In this document: positions 12,007-22,987 of the stretch, piece after piece | Numbering within the stretch: position 1 is the stretch's first letter | How the letters are laid out: every line of letters begins with the position of its first letter | Assembly (NCBI GenBank): GCA_038496445.1 | Contig: JALMLS010000040.1 | Location: 1 to 35,761 of the forward strand | Direction: 5' to 3' | Source: Trichosphaerium sp. ATCC 40318 | Lineage: Eukaryota > Protista > Tubulinea | DNA length: 35,761 nt | The notes under the pieces: model-generated | What the model saw: the letters and a program-made list of their open reading frames with translations, nothing else | Database searches by the model: none | What the model was told of the DNA's origin: nothing | Made by a program: the position numbers and the translations under genes

Positions 12007-13555
12007 AATGAGCTTAAGGGCCCTTAACTCGTTATTCGTAACAAAAAAAAAAATTACACATAACAAATTTTAATAAAAACCCCTGTTGACTATGACAACG
12101 TTAATACCGCTACATTGGTTACCTATTCCAATAGTTTAAAAGTCGCTTCACGCAAAATAAAACGCAAACCGTTACACAATCGCAAAACGCCGCGTAAACG
12201 CCGCGTAGGGCCTTAATTAGCGTAACAAAAAAAAAAATTACACAATAAAATTCGCTAAAATATCCTGCACTTATGACAAAAACAATACTAAATTGGTTAA
12301 CCAATAGTTTAAAAGTCGCTTCACGCAAAATAAAACGCAAACCGTTACACAAAAAATCGTTAAACGCCGCGTTGGCGAATTACTTTTGAGAATGCAGCCG
12401 GAAGCAAAAGCAGGCGATAGCCTAAAATCGCTAAAATATCGTGCACTCAACTAAAACACGCTAAAAGCCAACAGGAAAAATACAATGACAGAGCAGAGTG
12501 AAAAGAAACAAAGTTATTGATGAATTGGCGATTGTTGACATATGAAAATCCGTGATACTGTCAAAGCAAAAGGAGTTCCAACACCAAAGATTTTGATAGG
12601 TAATTTGTCAGAAAATTGATAGACTTTTAAACAAACACTTTTTGATGTTATTAAGCTAGTTTAAAAAGATAAAATAAACTCACGTGATGTGTGAATAAAA
12701 AAATGGAGTTTCATCCCTGTGTATAGAGCAAAATTATCAATGATTGTGCAATTAAAAATGGCAATTACATGTACACAGATACAAAGTACATCGCCATGGT
12801 CAAATACCTTGTTGCAAAGGCCTTGTTTTATGTGAAATAATTCAAAAATTTTTTTTAACAAAAAACAATCCAAAAAATGCTTTCACCAATAGGTAACTTT
12901 AAAAAAGATGGTTTTAGTTGAAGGATATGCTGTATTTCAGATGATCAAATGATCAATATTGGCTACGTGCACAATATTAGCATAAAAATGAATTGCTACA
13001 AACACACAAAAGAGACAAAAAACCATTTTCTGAACCTGTTTGTAGCTAACTGTACCAAACCTTTTACACCTAGCACTCATATATAAGCAATACAAAGATG
13101 CTAGAAAGTGAAATTACTAAAAAATTTATTCAAGAGTCTGTGTAGTACATGCGACAACTTTGCAAAAATCAAAAAAAACAATCTCAACAATTTTTGAGGT
13201 GTCTGTCAATTCTGTCATTACACTAAAAACCTTCAAGTTTAATGAGGTTTGTTTAATACCATTCTATTTTATGTGTTGTATATATAAACAACAATGCTTG
13301 GACAAAAGATGGAATATTATTGCAAACTTTGTAACAAATACCAAAAAAACCCACTAAAATTGGAATCAGTCAGCTGACTTTGCTGGCTTGTTCACAAATT
13401 CCATGATCGCATCAAAGTATATCCTGCACTTGTAGGCATGATTAAAACGTATATGGCGTTTCTCAAAAAAAAATAAAACAAGGACACTGAGTCACTTGAC
13501 CAGGAAAAATTTGTTACGCGTAACTTTTTTTTTTGTTACGCGTAATGAGCTTAAG
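12007..13555. mobile_element. Putative non-autonomous or decayed DNA element with ~48-bp imperfect terminal inverted repeats ending in TTAA and 12-bp direct repeats
   Basis: The left end 12023-12070 (cttaactcgttattcgtaac-A tract-ttacacataacaaatttt) resembles the RC of 13506-13555 (cttaagctcattacgcgtaac-A tract-gttacgcgtaacaaatttt). AATGAGCTTAAG occurs at 12007 and 13544. The interior has only stop-riddled frames. Confidence 0.6.
12017..12372. repeat. Two-unit ~175-190 bp imperfect tandem repeat inside the left end of the element
   Basis: An identical 52-mer (ccaatagtttaaaagtcgc...ccgttacacaa) occurs at 12128 and 12301. The motif agggcc(c)ttaa..cgtaac-A tract-ttacaca occurs at 12017 and 12207. 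Confidence 0.9.
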
Positions 13556-13692
13556 TATCATTTCGCTAAGTTAACCAAGTCTGGTAAAGTCAGATTAATG
13601 TTATGTTAGCCTGATTATTGTACAACTTGACTGCTGGTAACGATAGCTGCTAAAACGTAAAGGTTTTATTTAAAAAGAAGAAGAAAACGTTA

Positions 13693-15937
13693 ATGATGTC
13701 GTCAAAACCCGCATGTAGAAAGCGAAAGCGTGAGGGAACTTGTAACGAGCGTAAAAAAGCTAAAAAAGAAATACTTGAGATGAAATTGTGGAAAGTGTTT
13801 CCTGCGGTTAAAACAAAAACAATCAAAGTGGAGAAACGAGCAGTTTACGAAGCTTTTAAGACAAAAGGGTACAAAAAACTTAGACTAAAAACGTTAGTAC
13901 TCTAACTCTCCCTTGAATAGTTTTGTTGCACCTCTTTGGTCTAAAACAACCTTTGAAATTGTAAAATACATGGATCAATTAAAGTACGAAACTTTTGGAT
14001 TTAATCTAGGTGTTTTGGCGCGTATTTGAGACTACTTTTGGTTAATTATTGATTGAAAACAAAATGAAAACGGTCTGTTTTGTATGTCAAACAAAAGGCA
14101 CCAAAACACGCGATTTGAAATAGAACATATGTCACAAAATTTCGTGAATAGTAGTGTAAACACAAGCACTTTTTGGTGGCTTCCCATAACTTAGTTAAGT
14201 TTTCCAAAAAAGAAAAAAAACACACGTGATATTTTTTTATATGTAAAGAAAACGTGAAATAGCAGTTTCTAGTCTCCTTTTTATCAGTCACCAAGACCTT
14301 ATCATCTATTTACATTAATCTGTATTTAGGCATGTACCAGATAATAAGAGAGTCGCAAAGATGAAGACCCTTATTCAACAAGACAAGAGAGTCGCAAAGA
14401 TGATTCAAAAAGACTCGGGATATTACAACAATATGAAGTAAAACTTCTTTTTTCTTCTGGCATCTAATCACAAGTTAGCATATTGTTCTTCAAGATGAAA
14501 AAGGGTCACCTTGTTACTGTACAAGATCCTATAAACATGGAATATATTATTGGCGAGGTGATAAGTGATGTAGAATATGCACATGATTCCGACTTTGGTA
14601 GTAATCCACAAAATTACGCTGAACTTATTGTGCCGTTTAGGTATGGACTTTTGCTCCTATTATATGCCTTACAGGAGGGTAAGATGGACCAAAATAACTA
14701 ATAGCGATGGTGAAGACTACGGTGGTTTGTATAAACTGGTATCTTGAAACTGTTTAAATCTGTTTTGTAGCTTTTGTGGAAATAACTTTTTCAACTCAGA
14801 TTCCTTTGGTGTTGACTTACGTATCTTAGATACAAAAAACATATCCATCACAGTCAAGAAAGTATATTGCGTATAAGGTATTTCATGTGGGGACCACAAT
14901 GCAAGAGTATCTGCATACAGAAATAACTTCAATGTATAGACCGTTTATTTTCAACTCATCAATTGTACAGGATTTTGATCCTACCAAGGTATATATGCGC
15001 AATCCCTTCTATCATATATAACAAACGTGTTTAAGGATGGAAAAGGATTTGATGAGAATGCAGTTACTGTGTACAGTCCTGAACAAGCATACAAACTACA
15101 CAAAGAATCCGAGGAAAAAGAAAAAGAAATGAAAAAGGTAATTTCTCTTGTTTTGTTTTATTAACCAATCATAGCTTGAAAACAAAGGTGAGCAAGAAAC
15201 AAACATAGAAATGAAGGAAGATAAAAACAGTGATCACAATGAGCATAATGACTTTTCAAGAAGCTCTTTCAATACCGTAAAAGTAGAAAGTTGTTTTTCT
15301 CAACAGCGTGACAAGAAAAAGTTGAATGACGAAGTCATTTATATTGATTCTGATGAAGATGAAGAAGATGGCGACTTTGTCATGTCACTTTCTGATTTGG
15401 AAAGTGATGAGGAAGATGGAGACAGTGAAGAATCGCCAATCATCAAAACTGAAGATCATACTTCTCAGAGTGGTAGCGGCAATTCAGACGGTATTGATCT
15501 TGTTCTTTTATTGTGCTAATAGTGTTTTAAGATGAAGAAGAAATCGTAATTGACTTGAGAGGAGAAGATGACAGTGAAGAGTTTGTAGGTACATCCGGGT
15601 ACTGGAAGGCTAATAACCCATATGAGCCGTCTACAACAATACCACATAATGATACAGTACTACCTACAAGCACTGAACACTGCATAAAGAAGGGTACATT
15701 GCTATAGACATTTGTTTGGATTCTTACGTTAGTTCTTACAACATTGTGTTAGAAACAAAACCAGATGTGAAATTGCACTACAAGCGTAGAACACAAGGAC
15801 AAAAAAGCATTGCTGAGCAAATACGTAAAAAGAAGATCAAAATACAACAATATCACGAACAGTTGCAAAAAGAAGAAGAAATTCTTGCAAAACTGTGTGA
15901 ACAACAGAAACAACTCAGAAAAAAAGTTGTACAATGA
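13693..15937 (+). CDS. Hypothetical multi-exon nuclear protein with NLS, acidic region with SIM-like motifs and a C-terminal coiled coil
   Basis: RKRKR...RKKAKK at the N-terminus. Consecutive GT-AG exons carry EVIYIDSDEDEE and EEEIVIDL. The protein ends in a K/Q/E heptad-rich helix. Confidence 0.65.
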
Positions 15938-16445
15938 ATAAAAAGCCAGTTTGCTGTCCCAGACCCTTTTGTTCATGTTTATTATTGCTTCAAGTAAAAA
16001 GGTAGACACGTGACCACGAATCAACCGCTTTATCTAATGTATTATTTGCTGGTTATGGCAGTTATCTCATATGCCATACACCTACATCTCTATACAACGA
16101 CAAAAGCCATTTAATAACTACGATACTTTCTACATCAAGACTAGAATCATCGTTTTGATTGTTAAGTTTCGGCAACATTGGGTGGTTGTGAATGAAGTTG
16201 TGAATCACAAAATGGAGGAGAGCTCTTTTTTGCTGAATTTTTTTGAGACGGGTATTTTTATTACCCCAGTCCTGGGCATCTCCTTACACGCACTGCATAC
16301 AAATTCAATACTCCTGTGTTAGAATTATGAAAAAATACAATGATAGCGGACAAACTGTTTCCTTAAAAAACCGGAATCAAAGACAGACCCAAAAGGGTAA
16401 TTTTGCCAGAATTTGCCCAACATTTTTAAAGGACTACAGTCTTGA

Positions 16446-18886
16446 ATGGCAACTACAGCACCTCTTGCAGTATTTTTAGCTTTTCTATTATGTATGATGC
16501 CGTACTTGCTCGTATCGGCTTCATTTGATCCACTGATATATCCGAACAAACAAGCTCTATCACCTGACTACACTGTACACTGGCGTGTTGATGAAGCAAA
16601 CCAAGACATCTTCTTAGCGTTTGAAGTCAAGACAACTGGATACATCTCTTTTGGTATTGGCGAGCCAACAAGTGGAAGGTAAGTGGATTTAATTGGCTTT
16701 GTTAGAGTTGTACTAATGGTTCTTTTTCAGTATGGGAGGATCTGATATGGTTTGGGGTTTTGTTGATGGTACGCTATTCTTACTGTTTAATACTACAATG
16801 TTTGTCTAACAATACGCTGAAGACACCACTGGAAGAGTTGAAGTGAGCGACATGTACTGTACGAAGGTAAGGCGATATCACAAAATGCATTGTGCTTAGT
16901 TTGGTTTCTAGACTGGCGTTACACCAATCAAGGACTCTTGTCAGCATTGGAAAATAGTATCTGGTGAACAAAGCAATACAACAACGATAATTGAGGTCAT
17001 CAGAAAGCTTGATACTCAAGATCAAAATGTACCATATTTCGTTTTATATCACGTGCTTATCTGTACGTAATATTAGGATCGTGTCATTACAAGTGGAGTG
17101 AATAGAATTGTTGCAGCTTGGGGAACCAGCGATGCATTCTCTTACCATGGACAAAACAGAGGTACAAAAGTTGATGAGGAGAAGTCACTGCTAACCTCAA
17201 ATAGTTGCAAGTGCCGCTGTGTTTTATGGCGATTCCCCACTCACAGCACCATCTGGAACTGTAAAAGATACCTTTGTAATGAACGGTACCATGGGAATAC
17301 AACTCAGTCAATCTGATTTGTTTGCTTTAGACTACGAACTACCAGCACAAGTTACAACTTATGCCTGCCAATACACCAAAATATCTAATCTTACCAAAAC
17401 ACACGCTGTAATGGTAACTCCTCTAAATGCTGAAGTGTAATTTAACACTTTATAAAATAGTTCGAGCCAGTGATTGACAATGAAAAATATGTTCATCACA
17501 TGCTATTTCATGATTGTTCAGGATTGCTTGATACGTCTGAAGGTCGTGCTTTGATGGAATCATGGAAAGGTTCTGGCGCAGAATGTGAATCACCTCAAGT
17601 ACGTTATAAACAAAGTAGTACTTCTTACTAAAGTACTTCAAGGGCGAAGTTGGATGTAGACTTGTGTGGGCTTGGGCAAAAGGAGGTCTTGGATATAAAT
17701 TACCCAAAATGTTGGTGTGTTTTCCCTAACCGTTGTATCTTTTGTACTTACCATTGTTCAGGTGTCCCTATGGGTGGACCATTAGATGCAACTGATTTGG
17801 TAGTTGAGATTCATTATGATAATCCAAATCTTGATGCCGGTGTTCGTGATAAGTATGGTTTTTATTACTTCTTTTCTAATGCCGTCTTCACTTTACCACT
17901 TGCTCACTAATTTAGCTCTGGTGTTGCTGCGTTTACAACTACAAATCTAAGACCAATCGAGGCTGGTATAATAAGTATTGGGGATCCACTGGAGCAACTG
18001 CCACCCATCCCTGCTGACGCATCAGATGTAAGCTGAGAGGCTCGTTACACCTCAATACTAAGCTATTTATAGCACCTAAGTGAAACAAGTTGCTCTTCCG
18101 CTTGTACAACAAGTGAACAATGGGCGGAAGATGAGATTACAGTTATTGGTAGTTTCTTACACATGCATGAGTATGGTACGTCTGACCGCACTATGTGATA
18201 TGAAAGACAATAACTAAATATTGTTTGTTCTCAGGTTCAAGTATTTACACAAACATAACACGTGATGGTAAAGTTGTTGCATCTTCAAATCGTATTGACT
18301 TCTGGGACTTTGGTAAATACTTATTTCTTCCACATCAAGTAATTTACTTTCTCCAATAGCATTCCAACAATTCTCAGAGGTTAACTATACAATATCACGT
18401 GGTGATCGTATTAACTTACATTGCACTTTCAACACTGAACGCTCCAGCAAAGAAGTTATGTCTAATTTTGTTGTTTTGGAGTTATCTTCTCACTGCTTCT
18501 CAAAAGGTATTGTGGATTAGCTAACAGTGAGAATTTATTTTGTGGCGGATTAGATGATTTTGTTGCATCTGTGAGTCCTCCTTTGGACAATGCTGGTACG
18601 GTACACTGTTGTTTATTGTTACTAACACATTGCCAAAGATGGTACTGAACATTCAGTTGTTACATTTATACAAGCACCAATGACATGCCCTGAATCCTCC
18701 CTTGACCCAATATATACAGTCATTGAACCAATTGTTACCCCAAGTAGTGGTTCGACAGACACTCCAACAAACACACCTGATGTTACGAACGCTCCTTCAA
18801 ACTCAGTATCTTCTGCTACTACATTTGTCACGGCACTTATCCCAAAAATAGCACTGGTTTTACATTTCTTGTACCTTGTGTTATAA
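16446..18886 (+). pseudogene. DOMON + copper monooxygenase copy 2, lacking the EEMC (CuM Met) segment; pseudogene or catalytically dead
   Basis: Exons are colinear with copies 1 and 3. After CTFNTERSSKEV (~18457) the sequence jumps into the next intron, so IFGSASSEEMCQAYLIYYPxMPRM and its donor are absent. Unspliced read-through hits TAG at ~18518. Confidence 0.8.
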
Positions 18887-19151
18887 ATAGATTCTACCAC
18901 ATAATTTTAATGTCGCTTATCATACTAGTAAACATAACACTTCTGCCAAAAACTGTTTCTGTTAGAGTTTATGATCAAAGAATCATGTTTTCATTTATTA
19001 ACATATTACAATTCTATAATCGTTTTTTTGCTTCTAGTTACTCTACTACGTATTAACTAACATGCTAACAATAAATTGTCATTTATATCGCTTGTGTACC
19101 AATGTATTATAGTCATATTTTCTTAAGCTACTCCCTTTTTTTTAACTACTG

Positions 19152-20085
19152 CTACCTCTTGTTATCTACCACTCTTGAACCAATGATATAGTGATTTTTT
19201 GTTTTCAATATCCCGGTGGAATACCATGTGGTATGTTGACCATTTCGTAAACCTTTGATATATTGACCTGTCACTTTTAATTGACCATTGGAATACCAAC
19301 TGTTGCACTCTTTCTCTAGTTTACCATTGATATAGAAAGAACTAATGGCCAACTGACCGCTTATATACCACCATTTACTATCTCCCTCAAGCGTACCATT
19401 TGAGTAGTAATAACAAGCTCTTAATTGACCATTATCACTATCAAACCACTTCTTGTACTCACCATCTTTTTTGCCATCTTTATAAGTACACTGGTTGGCC
19501 AATCTGCCACTTGAATACCACGTTTGATGTTCACCATTTTGTATACCTTTGATGTACTGACACTTCATTTTCAATTGACCGTTGCTATGCCAACTCTTGT
19601 ACTCACCCTCTAACTTACCATTGACATAAAAACAATGTACTTGTAACTGACCATTAGCCCACCAATGCTTACTTTCTCCATCAAGTTTTCCTTTATAGTA
19701 GTAGCACCTACGTAATAGTGGTCCATAGTTATACCACTCCATGTATCTCTTTGGTTGTTCAAGAGCTATTTGCTCCGGTGAAACCGTAATCTTGGGCGTT
19801 GAGGGTCTGTGAGTGCCTGGTGGTGAGCATTTCCTTTTTTTCAACCATTTCCCTTGTTTGTTTAATTCGCTGTCAAATCTTGTTGTCATTGCTGATAACT
19901 TAGACAATAGAGGCCATTTCAAGTAAAGAGCGAAGTCTAAATCAGTGATAGCAAGCTGTAACTCTATTGGAAGTTGTAATAGATTTCTTTTATCCAAAAC
20001 CAGTGTGCTTAGCTAAAGTGTGGTTGTTAGAGGTGATTACGAGTTAGTTGTTGCTAACTGGACGTACCGGATGTTTTGTTAACAT
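19152..20085 (-). CDS. F-box-like + MORN-variant repeat protein, paralog of 2916-3551, with one 5' intron (20013-20067)
   Basis: ATG TTA ACA AAA CAT CCG|gtacgt...ttag|CTA AGC joins in frame to LLQLPIELQLAI. About eight 24-aa repeats of the type GKLEGEYKSWHSNGQL follow. Confidence 0.85.
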
Positions 20086-20399
20086 TGAAAGAACCTTTGG
20101 TATGCGATCGAAGTACCTTAGATCGCTTTTTAGTGTGGTGTCCGCTAAGACGATCGCTGACAACATTCGTCAACGTACTTCAACCAAAACACGTGACAAA
20201 ATAAAAGCTTTTGTAGCGATCAGTTATCGTACCGACCCACCAGAGCAAGAAAGCGTATTCCTTATTCCCTTGGTACTTGCTTTCATTATTGCAAGTTATT
20301 TGCAGTTCGCTTAGGCGTAACAACGACCGAACAACAGATGTTGAAACCAGACTGACTTTTTGACACTCTTGCTGTTTGCTGAACCAAAGACATAAAACA

Positions 20400-22141
20400 A
20401 TGCTTAAAAAGCAGCACTGGAGACTTTTTTATGGTGATGAGTTAAAACAAGGCACTCTCGATGTGTCTTTGATGAGAAAAATAGCATCAGAGTTAAACGT
20501 CCCTTTTATCGAAAATCAAGCAACAAAAACGCAAGGAAAACGTCTTTATCGCATTATTGTAGAGGCTGAACATCAACAAAGACAACATGAACCGAAATCA
20601 CCACAAAATACAAGAACGGCTTCTAATACACCCTCAGACGCGCAAATGATCACAGGAGATGCCAAGAGAGTTCTGAAGGCTTGCCCTACAGCCAATAATT
20701 CCGATAATTCTGATGACAAGCATGATACATGCCGTTATTACTTTAAATACATTTTACCACCTGAAATGATTGACCACATTCAACAATTCATGTATGACAC
20801 TCAAAAGGCGCTTTGTGTTTCCCATTCATGGCAAAAACGCGCCTTTAAAACCGTAAGAACGCTGCATATTACTCACAGCACGTTTTCTCACAAGGTAAGT
20901 TTGATCTTTTGCAAACACGTGATTATGTGCAACATTTTTTTTGTTTTTTCTTGATCTATCGACTTTATTCAACAGGCGACTTACGTTGCTATTTTAGGGA
21001 TTCTTTGAAAACGTATTTGAGAAATTAGAAACACTGTACATTGGAAAAATGTATGACACTCACAATTGGTGGCAGATTGACCATCTGTACAAGATAACAA
21101 CTCTTGTAATTGCAAGACACGCCAAGATAAACAAACAGCATTTTTTGGAGAACCTGAAATGCTTGAAGAACCTCACCATACCTTTGAGTTTGCTTAAGAC
21201 TTGTAGACATGGTGTTATATCTACATTACGGCGCCTGACAGTGGATGTTGATGACACTCTTTTTTGGCCACGTACCATACCTCTATTGAGCAAGCGATTG
21301 GAAACACTTAAGCTTGTTGGATTTACAACTACATATAGTCGTCTCGGTTTTGGAGTAAAGAGTGCAAATCCAAACTTTACTTCAGTTATAAATTGTGATG
21401 GGATTGATAGAGTAGTTTCTCAGGACGAGTATGGGAAACATAATATCTTTTGCGTTTGTTATTCTTGTTTTTTCCTTATTTTGTCAACTGTAGGCTAAAG
21501 ACGATAAGTATGGTATCATCAAAGCATTCCAGCATATGCAATGTGCACCATTTTAGTTAAATACAAGTACTAACTAATTGTACACCCTAGGTTTGCCAGA
21601 AATCTGCAACGACTTTCAAAGATATTCGAACTTTCTTACAACAATATTTCAATAATAGTGTTGAGGATAAACGACTTCTTAAGCCCTTGAATACACAACC
21701 CAAAGATCCAAAAGTACGTTATTATTACTTTACCATAATAAACACGTGACTTTTTTCTTAAGGTATGTTTTTATTGTAATACAGAAAAGCAACCTTGTAG
21801 TGTATGTGTAAAGAAATACTCATGCAAAGGTTGTGGTACTTTTTTTTGTTTCAGATGTGGTACAATGACACTCATTTCAAATGATAACACTAACACGTGG
21901 TTAGCTCAGGATTATATTTCTCTTGACGGAACATGTGAGAGATGCGAGACTTTAGAATTTACATGTGATGAGTGCAATGGCAAAACGTTAGAGGTGTTCA
22001 AAGTGTATGAGTTGAATTTTAAAATCGTTAATTTTTTTTTACCTAATTCTTTCTAGATACAATAAGTGCCATACGGAATCATGTTGTTTTGAGTGTTACT
22101 CGAGAAAAGTGTCTCAAGAGCAAATTAAACGATCTAAATGA
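20400..22141 (+). CDS. Multi-exon protein with an internal F-box, a short LRR-like region and a Cys-rich (Zn-binding) C-terminus
   Basis: ILPPEMIDHIQQF...LCVSHSW F-box, then LENLKCLKNLTI and LRRLTV. Many CxxC pairs follow (CFYC, CSVC, CKGC, CFRC, CERC, CDEC, CFEC). Confidence 0.7.
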
Positions 22142-22826
22142 GGTTCTACGCATGCTGTATTTTTGTTATGTTGAAGCACTGTGTAAAAGTCGCTATTGGC
22201 TTTGCAAGAATAGATAAAACTATTCATTTACATGTTTTTCTTGACTCTGACAAAAAAGAAAATAGGCGGTACCTTTAGTATCGTTCCAATAAGCATTCAG
22301 AAAAGCCTGTACATGTGATTTTAGGGCGCGTGAGAGTAAAGAAAGCGAGTCTACGCTCGTTAAACGTTACCTTTGCTTGGTCTGCGTAGCACTTTGATGT
22401 AAACTTTTTAAATTGCTCTTGAACAGACATTATAAACGTCAAGTGTATACTTTTTGTCAGTAAGTAGACTTAAACCTGACTTTAAGGCTGTATCGATGTA
22501 ATGTGCATGCTTTCGTCTTTTGTTGTCACAAGCGAGGGTTATGGCAAATACTTCTGATAGCCAGACGACAACGGAGACAAGCTATATTTTAGCAGCAAAA
22601 AGGTATGCCTTTTCGTCTGAAGCGAAGTTGTTTGAGAAAATTATGAGAAGTTCATTTACAAAGTTAGGCAGTTCATGCATGGAGTTGAGAAGTTTCGTTG
22701 TTTTCTACCTTGGAGAGATTCAATCGTTACCTTCATAAAAAAATCTTTAGCCCACGAAACTATGATATCTGTTGCATGGCCGTCATGAAATATTATTCAA
22801 TTACTTTTCATTTAACGACGTTTCAC

Positions 22827-22953
22827 GTAAGCGTTCAGGATAATATTGCAAACAAGAAAAACCATTCATGTAAGCGTTCAGGATAATATCGCAAACAAGA
22901 AAAACCATTCATGTAAGCGTTCAGGATAATATTGCAAACAATATAAACCATTT
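22827..22953. repeat. 43-bp tandem repeat, three copies, immediately upstream of the F-box-LRR start
   Basis: gtaagcgttcaggataatatYgcaaacaagaaaaaccattcat starts at 22827, 22870 and 22913 (third copy diverged at its 3' end). There are no spacers. Confidence 0.95.
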
Positions 22954-22987
22954 CACCACAGTCAACAACACAATAAACAACCATATC

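Noticed and set aside
22827-22953. CRISPR-like array
   Set aside because: The units are contiguous with no unique spacers, there are no cas genes, and the context is eukaryotic.
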